A stretch of 64,000 nt of DNA from a candidate division FCPU426 bacterium (GTDB lineage Bacteria; Oederibacteriota; Muellerivitia; Muellerivitales; Muellerivitaceae): NCBI GenBank assembly GCA_963796105.1, contig CAWCKJ010000004.1, positions 608,001 through 672,000 on the forward strand, in the 5' to 3' direction. Numbering within the stretch: the stretch's first letter is position 1; every line of letters begins with the position of its first letter. The notes below the pieces were generated by a model. It was not told the DNA's origin and searched no databases. It saw only the letters and a program-made list of their open reading frames with translations. Positions 11,550 through 22,439 of this stretch are shown here, in pieces. The position numbers and the translations under genes were made by a program.

Positions 11550-12080
11550 TCAAGGGGCCAAGCGTAATCCCGCCTGACCGTCCACTTTTTTCCCCTGGAT
11601 GAACAGCAAACCCACCCTGGAAGGCCCCTTTCCGGGAGAGCCTTCCGGCAAACGGCCAGAAAAGGAGCCGGGATTGAAAAAAAAGGTGTCCCCGACCTTG
11701 CGGGAAAAGGGCTCGAAGTTGCCCCCGTAAACGAGAATCTGGACGGGCTCCTCCTCGAACTGCTTCAACAGGAATTGCCTCAAGCCGTGGGGTTTGCCGT
11801 AGCCGTGCACCAGGCCCATAAGGTAGGGACCCTGCCTCCAGGCGATCCTCACGTAAAGTTCCGAGCGGACCATCGGGGTTTCGGCGTTCCCGCAGACGGC
11901 CTTGGTGGGCGCGATATTCTGGAGCTGTTCCAGCACCCTCAGGTCGCCGACGGGACCCGCGTGAAGGATGGCGTCCACGCCCTTGAAAACCCCGCGCAGG
12001 GCGGTCAACTGATGGGCCGTCAATAAACCCTGTGTATCCGCCAAAACCCCGAAAATCAAGGATGACTCCTTTTTTGACAA
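11550..12080 (-). CDS. YfcE/Vps29-like metallophosphoesterase-fold protein with degenerate metal ligands
   Basis: ADTQG, ILHAGPVG, AVCGNAE, VHG, YGGN, FFNPGS. Confidence 0.8.
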   Translation of the reverse strand: MSKKESSLIFGVLADTQGLLTAHQLTALRGVFKGVDAILHAGPVGDLRVLEQLQNIAPTKAVCGNAETPMVRSELYVRIAWRQGPYLMGLVHGYGKPHGLRQFLLKQFEEEPVQILVYGGNFEPFSRKVGDTFFFNPGSFSGRLPEGSPGKGPSRVGLLFIQGKKVDGQAGLRLAP

Positions 12081-12193
12081 CCAAGTTGTTTCACTCTAAA
12101 CTAAACCACAATTCTAGCGAAATAAAACAGGAATTTGAGGATTTTTGAACATTCAACGGGCATTGAGCCGCCTCAATTCCCCAAAGGCCGGAC

Positions 12194-13846
12194 ATGAAAA
12201 TCGCGGTTTGCCAGATCAATACCACCATCGGGGATTTCGACGGTAACGTGGAGAAGGTCTCCCAGTGCCTGAGAAAAGCCAAGGCCTCCGGCTGCGACCT
12301 GGCCCTCTTCCCGGAATTGACCCTGACGGGCTACCCGCCCCGGGACCTCCTGGATCGTTTCACCTTTTTCGAGCGCTCCCAAAAAGCCATCCAGCAGGTC
12401 GCCAAGCAGGCTGACGGAATCGTCGCGGTGGTGGGCTCCATTGTCGAGAACAAGGGGCCCGGTCATCCGCTTTTTAACGCGGCCTTGGCCTTGTTGGATG
12501 GACAGGTCCTTCAAACCTATAAGAAGGTCCTTCTTCCCAATTACGATGTCTTCGACGAGGCCCGCTATTTCTCCCCCGCTTCCCATCCCGAGCCTCCCTT
12601 CACCTATCGGGGCCTCAAGATCGCCCTCACCATTTGCGAGGACATCTGGAACATGGAGGGGGTTTACTCCCGCCGCCTCTACACCAAGGACCCCCTGGAG
12701 GAGATCGCCAAGTCAAAACCGGACCTGCTCTTGAACCTATCCGCGTCCCCCTTCCATGCCGCCAAGCTTTCCCTGCGGGAAAGGCTCCTGAAAAACGCCA
12801 CCCGCGTTGTCCAGGCTCCCGTCCTTTACTGCAACCTGGTCGGCGGGAATGACGAGCTGATATTCGACGGCTCAAGCATGGCTATGGACGCGGCGGGCAA
12901 CCTCTTCAACGTCGGGAAAAGCTTCGAGGAGGACTTCTTCATCTACGACACCGAAAGCCCTTCCCTGAAGCCGGGGCGCCCCTTGGAAAGCGAGACAGCC
13001 CGCGTTTACCAGGCGCTCGTCCTGGGGACTCGCGACTACGTGAGAAAATGCGGTTTCGAGAAGGTCCTGGTCGGGCTCTCCGGTGGGATCGACTCCTCGC
13101 TGGTGGCCTCCATCGCGGCGGAGGCTCTGGGTCCCGAGAATGTCATGGGCGTGACCATGCCTTCCCCTTTTTCCTCCAAAGGATCCATCCAGGATTCCAA
13201 GGATCTGGCCGGTGCGCTCGGCATCGAGTTCAAGGAAATCCCCATCAGCTCCCTTTTCAAGGAAACCCTGGATTGCCTGAAACCCTTTTTCGGGGGCAAA
13301 CCGGAGGACATCACCGAGGAGAACATCCAGGCCCGCCTGAGAGGCTTGCTCCTGATGGCCCTATCCAACAAGTTCCACCGGCTGATCCTCTCCACCGGCA
13401 ACAAGAGCGAGATGGCAGTTGGCTACTGCACTCTATACGGGGATATGTGCGGGGGTCTGGCGGTCATATCGGACGTCCCGAAAATGCTGGTTTACCAGCT
13501 ATCCCGGCACGTCAACCGCAAACTGACCTTGATCCCCGAGGAAGTATTCACCAAAGCGCCCTCCGCGGAACTTCGGCCCAACCAAACCGACCAGGATTCA
13601 CTCCCTCCATACGACCTGCTGGACGGGATCTTGAGGCTGTATGTGGAGGAAAACCTGCCCCCTTCCCACATCCGGAAGGCCGGGTTCGACCGGGGGTTGG
13701 TGGATCGGATGCTCAAATTGATCAACCAAAGCGAGTACAAACGAAGGCAGATGGCGCCAGGCTTGAAAGTGACGACCAAAGCCTTTGGAATGGGCCGGCG
13801 TTTCCCCATCGCCCAAAAATTCACGGAGGAGCCGGACAAGCCCTGA
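12194..13846 (+). CDS. nadE: Glutamine-dependent NAD+ synthetase
   Basis: Nitrilase domain (FPEL, LPNYDVFDEARYF, ICEDIW) plus GLSGGIDS, TGNKSE, GYCTLYGDM, PSAELRPNQTD, EYKRRQ. Confidence 0.96.
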   Translation: MKIAVCQINTTIGDFDGNVEKVSQCLRKAKASGCDLALFPELTLTGYPPRDLLDRFTFFERSQKAIQQVAKQADGIVAVVGSIVENKGPGHPLFNAALALLDGQVLQTYKKVLLPNYDVFDEARYFSPASHPEPPFTYRGLKIALTICEDIWNMEGVYSRRLYTKDPLEEIAKSKPDLLLNLSASPFHAAKLSLRERLLKNATRVVQAPVLYCNLVGGNDELIFDGSSMAMDAAGNLFNVGKSFEEDFFIYDTESPSLKPGRPLESETARVYQALVLGTRDYVRKCGFEKVLVGLSGGIDSSLVASIAAEALGPENVMGVTMPSPFSSKGSIQDSKDLAGALGIEFKEIPISSLFKETLDCLKPFFGGKPEDITEENIQARLRGLLLMALSNKFHRLILSTGNKSEMAVGYCTLYGDMCGGLAVISDVPKMLVYQLSRHVNRKLTLIPEEVFTKAPSAELRPNQTDQDSLPPYDLLDGILRLYVEENLPPSHIRKAGFDRGLVDRMLKLINQSEYKRRQMAPGLKVTTKAFGMGRRFPIAQKFTEEPDKP

Positions 13847-13886
13847 TTGCTTCCAGGGACTTGCCGCTTATTAAAAGGACAGGAAC

Positions 13887-14366
13887 GTGATTAAGAAAAG
13901 ATATAAAAAACCAATCGTCGAATTGACCAAGGAAATTCATTTCGAGGCTGCCCATTATCTGCATAACCCGAAATGGGACCGGGAAAAAAATCTTCAAATC
14001 TTCAAAAAATGCTCCGGTTTCCGCAAGGACAATCCAAAGGCTTCCGAGTATCCCCATGGCCATTCCTACAAGCTTCAGGTGACGATCCTGGGGCCGATCC
14101 ACCCCGAGACAGGCTTCGTGATTGATTTCAAGGCGCTGAAAGCCATTCTGGAGCAGTATATTTTCGCGTCCTTCGACCACCGCTTTCTTAATAAGGAAGT
14201 GGAGCCTTTCAAAAGCAATCCCTCCCTCCAGCCGACGGTGGAGAACCTTCTCCTGGTCATTTGGGAAAAATTGGAGCCTTTGCTAAGGAAGGAAAAAGTG
14301 GCCCTTCACGAGATCATTATTTGGGAAACCACCTCCAATTTCGCCAGCTACCGGGGGGAGCGTTAA
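13887..14366 (+). CDS. queD: 6-carboxytetrahydropterin / 6-pyruvoyl-tetrahydropterin synthase family
   Basis: FEAAHYL, C...HGHSY, GFVIDF, FDHRFLN, PTVENL, WET. Confidence 0.85.
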   Translation: MIKKRYKKPIVELTKEIHFEAAHYLHNPKWDREKNLQIFKKCSGFRKDNPKASEYPHGHSYKLQVTILGPIHPETGFVIDFKALKAILEQYIFASFDHRFLNKEVEPFKSNPSLQPTVENLLLVIWEKLEPLLRKEKVALHEIIIWETTSNFASYRGER

Positions 14367-14397
14367 TCGAAGGTTGAACGGCGCGGGTGAGGAATAG

Positions 14398-15072
14398 TTA
14401 GAGCCGGTCGGGCTCGTCGCAGGGCTCAATGCACTTTTCCCCGTCATGGTTGAGCATATTCACCCAGCCGTTCACTTGATAACATTCCATTTTTAAGGCG
14501 TCAAAGGGCCTGAAAAGCCTGTTAATCACCCGGAAATCCCGCACCTCCGAATCCAGCCAAGTGTCAAAATCCTTCTTTTCCACGATGACAGGCATCCGGT
14601 CCCGGATAACCCGGACGATCTCGTTGGGGTTGGTGGTGAGAATGGCGCAGACCTCCCGGGTTTGCTCCTCCAACTTTTGGGGAGCCCATAAACCCGCCAA
14701 GGCGAAGGGCTGACGGCTCTTGAGGCGGTAATAATAAGGGCGTGTTTCCTGGGCCTCATGCCTCCACTCGTAAAAACCATCCACTGGAATCAAACAGCGC
14801 CACTTCTCGAAGGATTCCGCTAAGATCGGCTTCTCGTCGATTTCCTCGCACCGGACGTTGGCCAGCAATCTTCCTCCCTGCGACCAGGAAGCCACGAAAC
14901 CCCATTGCAATAATTTCAACTGGCGTTTTTTCTCCTCGAGAGTATGGGTCACCACCGGAATGGTTTGAGAGGGGGCCACGTTATAACGGGGCTTCCATTC
15001 AAACGGTTCCTGAATCTGGAACAAATCCCCTATTTCTTTCGGTGTGCTTTTAAGGACGAATCGGGTGTACAT
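14398..15072 (-). CDS. SRAP (YedK/HMCES) family protein lacking catalytic Cys2 and His
   Basis: PRYNVAPSQ, RCLIPVDGFYEW, FALAGLW, RDRMPVI; N-terminus is MYTRF. Confidence 0.88.
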   Translation of the reverse strand: MYTRFVLKSTPKEIGDLFQIQEPFEWKPRYNVAPSQTIPVVTHTLEEKKRQLKLLQWGFVASWSQGGRLLANVRCEEIDEKPILAESFEKWRCLIPVDGFYEWRHEAQETRPYYYRLKSRQPFALAGLWAPQKLEEQTREVCAILTTNPNEIVRVIRDRMPVIVEKKDFDTWLDSEVRDFRVINRLFRPFDALKMECYQVNGWVNMLNHDGEKCIEPCDEPDRL

Positions 15073-15264
15073 GGGAACATCATAAATTAACTATTCCCAT
15101 TATGGAAAATCTTCCAGCAACGAAAAGCCCTTGTAAAACCATTAAATTTGGTGGTTTTTAAAATATTTTTGAAAATCTTTGCATTAAATCAGCCGATGGC
15201 CGTCTAGAGGCTGAAATATAGAAAATCCTTTTCTCGGGATTTCAAAACCTATCAGGAGACCAAT

Positions 15265-15336
15265 ATGAATCGAGACCTCATTCTTCACGCGGGAGCTCTT
15301 TTAGTTTTGGGAGTTTTATCCCTCTTGGGAGGATGA
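15265..15336 (+). pseudogene. 23-aa signal-peptide-like ORF, probable lipoprotein gene remnant
   Basis: AGGAG RBS, MNRDLILHAGALLVLGVLSLLGG then TGA where a lipobox Cys would be; upstream region duplicates that of the 15624 gene. Confidence 0.4.
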
Positions 15337-15623
15337 AGGCAACTCATAGGTCTCAGGACTTACCCAGGATGCCCATGGATGCATACTAGCCATCGCTAGA
15401 AAGACTCAGAATGGAGAGGTTCTTTATCGGCTAAAAAGCGATCTGACCTGGAAACCTCTCAAAAAAATAGGGCTAAAAGCCCCTGTAAATTCAGGGGTTT
15501 TTGACTATTTTCATGTTTTTTTGCAATAAATTCGCCCTTTACCGTCTAGAGGGTAGAAAATGTGAACATATTCTTCAGGTCTATGAAGCATTTTCGGATG
15601 CCAGATTAGGCTCGGAGGTAATT

Positions 15624-17372
15624 ATGAATCGAAAGATATATTTTCAGGTCTCGTCTCTCACGGCGATTTTGGTTTTGACCCAGATGCTAGGATGTACCAA
15701 GACCATATCTTACCCCTCCGCCCCAAACCGATCCGTGACCAATACTCCAACGGACACGATAACACCCACACCATCCCTCACTGAAACACCCTCAACCACT
15801 TCCACCCCGACCATTTTCAGTTCCACCAATACTCCCATTCTCACTGCTACTCCAACTAATACATCCACCCTTTCCTATACTTTCACGCCTATGCCTACCG
15901 ATACCCCGACTTGGACATTCACAGATTTTCCAACCGCGACTCCCTCGCCCACACCCACGAATACGCCGACCTTCTCTCCCACCTCAACATATACGCCGTC
16001 CCTGACGCCTACTCCGACTGGTGGAGGACCCGTTAACACGAATACGCCTAGCCCAACCTATACCCTCACGAACACCCTGACGCGGACACCCACAACTACC
16101 AACACACCAACTGGCTGTGAAACACCAACCCCTTCTTCATCTTTCACTCCCACACATACCCCCACACCTACTCTCACTTTCACTAGTACTATTACCCCTC
16201 CGCCCGCCAATACTGCGACATACACATTCACTTGGACTCATACTCCAACTTTCACTTACACCTATACCGCACTACCCCTTAATTCTCCGACATTTACCTT
16301 CACCTATACGCAAACTCCGACCTTCACTTACACCTATTCCTACACTCCCTCCATCACCCTCACAGCCTCAAACACCTTGACGATCACTCCGACTGTGACA
16401 CCTACCTATACCGGAGGAGGCCCGGTGAAAACAAATACCCCCACTAATACCTCCACCCCGACTTGGACACCAAGACCAAACACCAACACCCCCACGCCAT
16501 GCCCGACAAACACCCGCACCATCACACCAACTAATACCCCCACAAGAACCGTAACCAATACCACTACCCCTACGACGACTCCCACCCCATGGCCGACAGG
16601 TGTTGCCACTTATACCTATACGATCACCCTTACATCCACTAATACTTTTACCATCACTAACACTCCGACTATTACCAGTACTCCAACTTGGACCTTTACC
16701 CCAACCATCACCTCCACACCCACAGGCACTTTTACTCCGAACGCAACCGCTACCGCTTGCAATTACTCCAATTTCGGGACAAACCAAGTCCAACAAGGGT
16801 TGGAAGGTTATGGAGCCCCTCAGCTATTGCTCAACCGTTATCAGGCTTCCCTGGACATGACTCTCTATACCATTTCCAGTTACTTGGGATCGAGCGGTTC
16901 TGGCCGATGCCAATACGCTATTTATTCCGACAACGGATCCGGGACTTCTCCCGCCAACCTTTTAGGACAAACCAGTCCTCAAAGTTTTTCCGGTACCGGC
17001 TGGTTTACTGTCCCTCTCATAAATCCAATTTCAATTAACAGCGGAACCTACTACTGGCTGGCCGTAGTTACCGACCAAAATATATCCGTGTCCTATGGAA
17101 CAACCGCTGTTTCGGCCGGCTACTATGGCGTTACTATGGGTTCCTTGCCGTCGAACATGTCTGTGAGTTCGAGCACGGGTTTTCTAATGTCCCTTTACGC
17201 CATGGGATGCCCCGCCATTCCCATGACTTGGACCCCCACTCCCACCGCCACTAATACCTTCACGCTGATACCAACTCCAACAGGGACCATTCCGACACCA
17301 ACTATTACCCCTACACCAACCAATACTCCGACATTCACGCGTACCCCGACGGTGACTGCGACCGCGACATAA
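15624..17372 (+). CDS. Pro/Thr-rich lipoprotein with a C-terminal beta-sandwich domain
   Basis: GGAGGT RBS before ATG 15624; lipobox MLGC; PT tract; YAIYSDNG..P..LLG..GTYYWLAV domain. Confidence 0.82.
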   Translation: MNRKIYFQVSSLTAILVLTQMLGCTKTISYPSAPNRSVTNTPTDTITPTPSLTETPSTTSTPTIFSSTNTPILTATPTNTSTLSYTFTPMPTDTPTWTFTDFPTATPSPTPTNTPTFSPTSTYTPSLTPTPTGGGPVNTNTPSPTYTLTNTLTRTPTTTNTPTGCETPTPSSSFTPTHTPTPTLTFTSTITPPPANTATYTFTWTHTPTFTYTYTALPLNSPTFTFTYTQTPTFTYTYSYTPSITLTASNTLTITPTVTPTYTGGGPVKTNTPTNTSTPTWTPRPNTNTPTPCPTNTRTITPTNTPTRTVTNTTTPTTTPTPWPTGVATYTYTITLTSTNTFTITNTPTITSTPTWTFTPTITSTPTGTFTPNATATACNYSNFGTNQVQQGLEGYGAPQLLLNRYQASLDMTLYTISSYLGSSGSGRCQYAIYSDNGSGTSPANLLGQTSPQSFSGTGWFTVPLINPISINSGTYYWLAVVTDQNISVSYGTTAVSAGYYGVTMGSLPSNMSVSSSTGFLMSLYAMGCPAIPMTWTPTPTATNTFTLIPTPTGTIPTPTITPTPTNTPTFTRTPTVTATAT

Positions 17373-17467
17373 ATTTATCCTTAAACGCCTCATTCTCCGA
17401 TCCAATATATTGAAGTCCTCGCTCTTAACCGCTGTTTCCCAAATATAACCCCTAAAACAAAAAAGCC

Positions 17468-17497
17468 TATCCACAACTGTGGACAAGCCAATAATTC
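17468..17497. repeat. Minimal copy of the TRTCCAC/GTGGACA palindromic repeat family
   Basis: TATCCACA-ac-TGTGGACAAGCCAATAATTC. Confidence 0.55.
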
Positions 17498-17536
17498 CTA
17501 AGGGATGTTTCTTTCCAAAAAATTATTTGAATTATT

Positions 17537-20500
17537 TTATTTGATAAATATTACCCTCTTGGTTTTGCGGTCCATAGGTTCCGTCAGGTAGAGGAGGTAA
17601 ACCCCGCTCGCGCAGGTGTCCCCGTACTTGTTCGTGCCGTCCCAGAAATAGGCCCCCTCGAAAGGTGCTTCCAAGAACCTGTCATCCAGCGTCCTAATGT
17701 GTTCCCCAGCCGAGTTATAAATGGTCAACACGAGTGGTCCCGGATATTGGCTCGTCCCCACGAAAATGGATACCGGTTCCCCTCCTCCCTTGAACACGTT
17801 TTTCGTCACCGTGAAGTAATCCACCGTCGGAGTCCAGGTTGGGATTTGCGTGACGGAAGAAGTTTCCGTGGGCGAAGAGGTGATTGTGGGCGTTCCAGTC
17901 CAAGTGGGGGTGTTAGTCCAAGTCGAGGTTGGGGTCCAGGTAGCTGTCGGGGTCGAGGTGCCCGCGGAAGTGTTGGTGGGGGTTTTCGTGGCAGTGAGAG
18001 TATTGGTGGAAGTGGGCGTGCTCGTCGCGGTGAAGGTATTGGTCGGCGTGGCGGTGGATGTAAAGGTGCTCGTGTTGGTGGAAGTGGACGTCGCTGTGGG
18101 AATGTTGGTGGCTGTCGGAGTCGGCGTAGCCGTCGCGGTGTTGGTGGGGGTATTTGTGGATGTTGGAGTGTTTGTGTTAGTTGGGGAACTCGTCATTGTC
18201 GTCGTAAATGTATCGGTCGGGGTGTTGGTTGAAGTTGCCGTATCGGTGGGTGTGCGGGTGGAAGTCGGCGTGGGGGTTTCCGTTGGGGTATTGGTCGTAG
18301 TGGGTGTGGAGGTCGGCGTCGGCGTGACGGTAGGCGTGTTCGTGGGCGACTGAGTTCCGGTTGAGGTGTTAGTGGGAGTGGGAGTAACGGTCGGTGTGTC
18401 GGTCAGGGTAGATGTGGGCGTCGAAGAAAGAGTATCCGTTGGGGTGGGTGTCGGGCTATTTGTGGGCGTGGAAGTCGGCGTACTTGTCGGGGTTGAGGTA
18501 GGAGTCGGAGTATCAGTCGGGGTATTGGTCGGTGTGGGTGTGGATGTCAGTGTCGGTGTAATGGTGGGTGTGTTCGTGGGGGATGTCGTCCCGGTTGATG
18601 TATATGTCGTGGTGGGCGTGATGGTGGGTGTGGGCGTCGGCGTATTGGTGGGTGTATTGGTCGGAGTGTCAGTTGGAGTATTGGTGGCCGTGGGTGAAGG
18701 CGTCTGTGTGGCCGTATCCGTGGGGGTGGGTGTCGGGGTATTTGTGGGCGTGGAAGTCAGCGTGTTCGTTGGTGTTGATGTCGGTGTGGGGGTTGGGGTG
18801 GGTGTCGGTGTATTCGTGGGGGTATTAGTCGGGGTGGGTGAAGACGTCAGGGTCGGAGTGACTGTAAAGGTGTTCGTGGGGGATGTTGTCCCAGTCGAGG
18901 TGTTGGTTGGGGTTGGTGTAACGGTTGGCGTGGGTGTCGGAGTGTTCGAGTGTGTATTCGTGGGGGTATTGGTAGGTGTCGGCGAGGGTGTCAGCGTTGG
19001 GGTGGGTGTCGGGGTATTAGTTGGGGAAGAAGTAGGTGTAGAAGTCGGCGTAGGGGTGGATGTGGTCGTAGGAGTAGGGGTCGGGGTATTCGTCGGAGTC
19101 CTTGTGGGTGTATTCGTTGGGGTCGGCGTGGGAGTCGTGGTAGGTGTTGGCGTCGGCGTATTGGTAGGCGTGTTCGTTGGGGTATTCGTGGGCGTTGGAG
19201 TAGGTGTCACAGTCGGGGTGGGTGTAGGAGTAGGCGTCGGGGTCTTGGTCGGGGTGATGGTAGGAGTATTCGTAGGCGACTGAGTTCCTGTAGGCGTATT
19301 GGTTGGAGTCGGTGTGATGGTTGGCGTGTGGGTGGGGGTCGGAGTCGGGGTTGTGGTGGGTGTAGGGGTATTCGTGGAGGTAGGAGTGGGTGTCGGTGTC
19401 CTAGTCGGAGTAGGTGTCGGGGTGGTCGTGGGGGTGGGTGTAGGCGTATTCGTAGGGGTAGGGGTTGGGGTATTGGTGGGTGTAGGGGTCGGGGTGGTCG
19501 TTGGAGTGGGAGTGGGCGTCCTCGTGGGGGTTGGGGTGGGCGTATTAGTGGGTGTTGGAGTAGGCGTCGTTGTCGGGGTGGGTGTTGCCGTATTGGTAGG
19601 TGTTGGTGTCGGAGTCCTTGTAGGAGTGGATGTCGGCGTGGTGGTGGGTGTCGGCGTGGGCGTATTGGTTGGGGTAGGCGTCGGGGTATTCGTCGGCGTG
19701 GGCGTAGGAGTCGTCGTCGGGGTTGGAGTCGGGGTAGGCGTTGGCGTCCGAGTCGGTGTATTGGTTGGTGTGGGTGTGGGTGTAATAGTAGGTGTAGGAG
19801 TTGGAGTAGGTGTCGGTGTCCGAGTCGGAGTTATGGTTGGAGTGTTCGTGGGCGACTGGGTCCCGGTTGGAGTATTCGTGGGCGTCGGGGTAATAGTTGG
19901 CGTGTGGGTGGGGGTTGGAGTGGGGGTTGTGGTCGGTGTGGGAGTCGGGGTAGGGGTGGGCGTTCTTGTGGGCGTATTGGTAGGAGTGGGTGTCGGAGTG
20001 GTTGTCGGTGTTGGTGTCGGGGTGTTAGTAGGGGTAGGTGTAGGAGTTCTCGTCGGGGTCGGTGTTGGAGTTGTCGTGGGTGTGGGCGTCGGCGTATTGG
20101 TGGGCGTATTGGTGGGTGTCAGAGTAGGAGTATTCGTCGGGGTTCGGGTCGGGGTTGGAGTCGGCGTGTTAGTAGGTGTCGGAGTGGGTGTATTGGTCGG
20201 AGTCGGGGTGGGAGTGGTTGTCGGTGTCGGAGTAGGCGTTCTTGTCGGGGTCGGCGTGGGAGTATTCGTGGGGGTGGGTGTCGGGGTTGTGGTCGGAGTG
20301 GGTGTCGGAGTGTTAGTAGGCGTGGGAGTAGGAGTCCTGGTTGGGGTCGGTGTTGGCGTCGTAGTGGGGGTTGGAGTCGGGGTGTTCGTGGGAGTGGGAG
20401 TTGGAGTATTCGTTGGTGTTGGGGTCGGGGTCCTGGTTGGTGTGGGTGTTGGGGAAACGGTGGGTGTCGGGGTAGGGGATGGTGTGGGGGTTGGGGTATT

Positions 20501-22153
20501 CGTGGGAGTAGGTGTTGGGGTTCTGGTCGGGGTGTTGGTCGGAGTAGGGGTAGGGGTATTAGTGGGAGTTGGTGTCCTGGTTGGCGTGGGGGTTGGGGAA
20601 ACAGTAGGTGTCGGAGTTGGCGAAGGTGTGGGGGTTGAAGTATTCGTTGGGGTGGGGGTCGGAGTTCTGGTTGGAGTGTTTGTCGGCGTCGGGGTTGGTG
20701 TATTGGTTGGGGTCGGTGTGGGTGTACGAGTGGGGGTTGGGGAAGTTGTTGGAGTTGGTGTGGGAGTTGGCGTATTAGTTGGAGTGTTTGTCGGCGTGGA
20801 TGTTGGAGTCCTAGTAGGAGTCGGCGAAGGGGTCGGGGTGTTGGTGGGTGTGGGAGTCGGGGTCGGCGTTCTGGTTGGCGTGTTCGTGGGAGTAGGCGAA
20901 TTAGTGGGTGTCGGGGTCGGCGTTCGAGTGGGCGTGATGGTCGGAGAAGGAGTGGGTGTCGGCGTATTGGTGCGGGTGGGTGTCGGGGTAATAGTATAAG
21001 TATATGTATAGGTATTGGTCGGAGTGTAGGTGTGTGTGAAGGTGGGAGTACCGCCGCATCCTCCCGCGATCGAAACCCAGAGACTGGCGGAAGCCTGTAC
21101 AGCGCCATTCCAAGTCACACTAGCGGTGTTAAGGATGGAACAAGGGTTACCGTCTACCGTATCCGCATAGGCGATGGGGCATGGAATAGTGACGCAAGCG
21201 CCCTTCCCCGCGAACCCCCCGTCAAAATTGAAAATTGTATAATATGCCGCGCCTGTCGAAACGGCCGCGCCATAAGGATATGACGCCCCATAACTCTGGA
21301 AGTTTCCGTCATATTGTCCGTGATATGTTCCGCTCTGGTTATTGATGAACTCATCAAAGACCGTGACGGGAGTATTGGCCGGCGCTCCGCTGTTACAAAC
21401 GATGAGGGTATAGGGTTCCGAACCTGAGCTATAGGTGCCCGCGGGCCACGCGGAAAAACCCGCTATTTTCTGAAGCGTGAAGGTGGGGGGCGTATAAGTC
21501 TGGGGGTTCAAGACGCAGTCGCCAATATAGTAAATGATTTGGCCTGCGTTGCTCGATGTGGCCGTTGCGTTGGGGGCTGTGTAGGTTTGATATTGGCCTG
21601 TCGAGGGGTTGTACATTTGCTGGAGCTCCGGGTCGGCCACGCTGTTAAAAGCGATATTGTTGTAAATGGTATTGGTGAATAAATTGTTAACTTCCGTCGC
21701 GGGATAATTGGCCGAATTCCACGCGTAACCCCCAGCCGTAGGGGGGGGATTCCCACCGGTCGTGTCGTCGTACATTTTGTAGCAAGAATCGTTATTGGTA
21801 AAATAAGCGTGTTGGCCGTTTGAGCAGGTAACATCGATCACCCAAGCCGCCATGACAACGCTTTGATTAATGTTGATGTTTTCAACGGAGATGACATTAG
21901 TCACTGCGGCAAAATCACCTGCCGGAATGTTGTAGGTCGGGAGGGTATTGACGCCCAACGTGGCGAAGGAAATAGGCGAGGAGTTGATTAAATTCCCATT
22001 GATCCAAACATTCAGTTCGTCGTCCGCAGAACCGTAAAGCACGCCCCCCGTCGGGGTACATTGAGCCCAAGCCTTATCCACGAAGGCGCTGATCTGCCAG
22101 GCCAGGAGACCGTAAAAAACGATTTTAAATATTGTCATGCGAAGCTTTTTCAA
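17537..22153 (-). CDS. Exported Pro/Thr-stalk protein: jelly-roll-like head, DUF11-like Ig, ~1070-aa PT stalk, single FlgD-Ig CTD
   Basis: Signal peptide ending [52 protein letters not shown]. Confidence 0.88.
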   Translation of the reverse strand: MKKLRMTIFKIVFYGLLAWQISAFVDKAWAQCTPTGGVLYGSADDELNVWINGNLINSSPISFATLGVNTLPTYNIPAGDFAAVTNVISVENININQSVVMAAWVIDVTCSNGQHAYFTNNDSCYKMYDDTTGGNPPPTAGGYAWNSANYPATEVNNLFTNTIYNNIAFNSVADPELQQMYNPSTGQYQTYTAPNATATSSNAGQIIYYIGDCVLNPQTYTPPTFTLQKIAGFSAWPAGTYSSGSEPYTLIVCNSGAPANTPVTVFDEFINNQSGTYHGQYDGNFQSYGASYPYGAAVSTGAAYYTIFNFDGGFAGKGACVTIPCPIAYADTVDGNPCSILNTASVTWNGAVQASASLWVSIAGGCGGTPTFTHTYTPTNTYTYTYTITPTPTRTNTPTPTPSPTITPTRTPTPTPTNSPTPTNTPTRTPTPTPTPTNTPTPSPTPTRTPTSTPTNTPTNTPTPTPTPTTSPTPTRTPTPTPTNTPTPTPTNTPTRTPTPTPTNTSTPTPSPTPTPTVSPTPTPTRTPTPTNTPTPTPTNTPTRTPTPTPTNTPTPTPSPTPTPTVSPTPTPTRTPTPTPTNTPTPTPTNTPTPTPTTTPTPTPTRTPTPTPTNTPTPTPTTTPTPTPTNTPTPTPTRTPTPTPTTTPTPTPTNTPTPTPTNTPTPTPTRTPTNTPTLTPTNTPTNTPTPTPTTTPTPTPTRTPTPTPTNTPTPTPTTTPTPTPTNTPTRTPTPTPTPTPTTTPTPTPTHTPTITPTPTNTPTGTQSPTNTPTITPTRTPTPTPTPTPTITPTPTPTNTPTRTPTPTPTPTPTTTPTPTPTNTPTPTPTNTPTPTPTTTPTSTPTRTPTPTPTNTATPTPTTTPTPTPTNTPTPTPTRTPTPTPTTTPTPTPTNTPTPTPTNTPTPTPTTTPTPTPTRTPTPTPTSTNTPTPTTTPTPTPTHTPTITPTPTNTPTGTQSPTNTPTITPTKTPTPTPTPTPTVTPTPTPTNTPTNTPTNTPTPTPTTTPTPTPTNTPTRTPTNTPTPTPTTTSTPTPTSTPTSSPTNTPTPTPTLTPSPTPTNTPTNTHSNTPTPTPTVTPTPTNTSTGTTSPTNTFTVTPTLTSSPTPTNTPTNTPTPTPTPTPTSTPTNTLTSTPTNTPTPTPTDTATQTPSPTATNTPTDTPTNTPTNTPTPTPTITPTTTYTSTGTTSPTNTPTITPTLTSTPTPTNTPTDTPTPTSTPTSTPTSTPTNSPTPTPTDTLSSTPTSTLTDTPTVTPTPTNTSTGTQSPTNTPTVTPTPTSTPTTTNTPTETPTPTSTRTPTDTATSTNTPTDTFTTTMTSSPTNTNTPTSTNTPTNTATATPTPTATNIPTATSTSTNTSTFTSTATPTNTFTATSTPTSTNTLTATKTPTNTSAGTSTPTATWTPTSTWTNTPTWTGTPTITSSPTETSSVTQIPTWTPTVDYFTVTKNVFKGGGEPVSIFVGTSQYPGPLVLTIYNSAGEHIRTLDDRFLEAPFEGAYFWDGTNKYGDTCASGVYLLYLTEPMDRKTKRVIFIK

Positions 22154-22341
22154 AACATTTACTCTTTTAAGACATTTTTAAAACAACTCTATAAATCGTT
22201 TTATTAGTAATTATATCGCTCGCTCCAGCATCTCACATCACAAACACGAAATTCCAGGCATAAGCAGGGATAAATAACCTTTCCAGAAACAGCGCCGGGG
22301 TTAAAAACTCATTCCAAAATTTCTATTAAAGGCCGTTGAAT

Positions 22342-22374
22342 AAAAAACCCCGTCCCATTGTTTTGGGACGGGGT
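22342..22374 (-). terminator. Intrinsic terminator
   Basis: ACCCCGTCCCA-N6-TGGGACGGGGT with T run on the minus strand, downstream of the 22440 stop. Confidence 0.8.
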
Positions 22375-22439
22375 CACGAATTTTATTTTAATGTGTCTCC
22401 ATTTTTAGACGAATGCCAAACGAATCAACCTTTTGGTTC

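Noticed and set aside
15334..15400. Selenocysteine or read-through at the TGA after the 23-aa leader
   Set aside because: No SECIS-like hairpin recognised, and the frame closes about 20 codons later
17467..17486. DnaA boxes / oriC
   Set aside because: Imperfect matches to TTWTNCACA, scattered rather than clustered, no origin-associated genes; better explained by the dispersed repeat family
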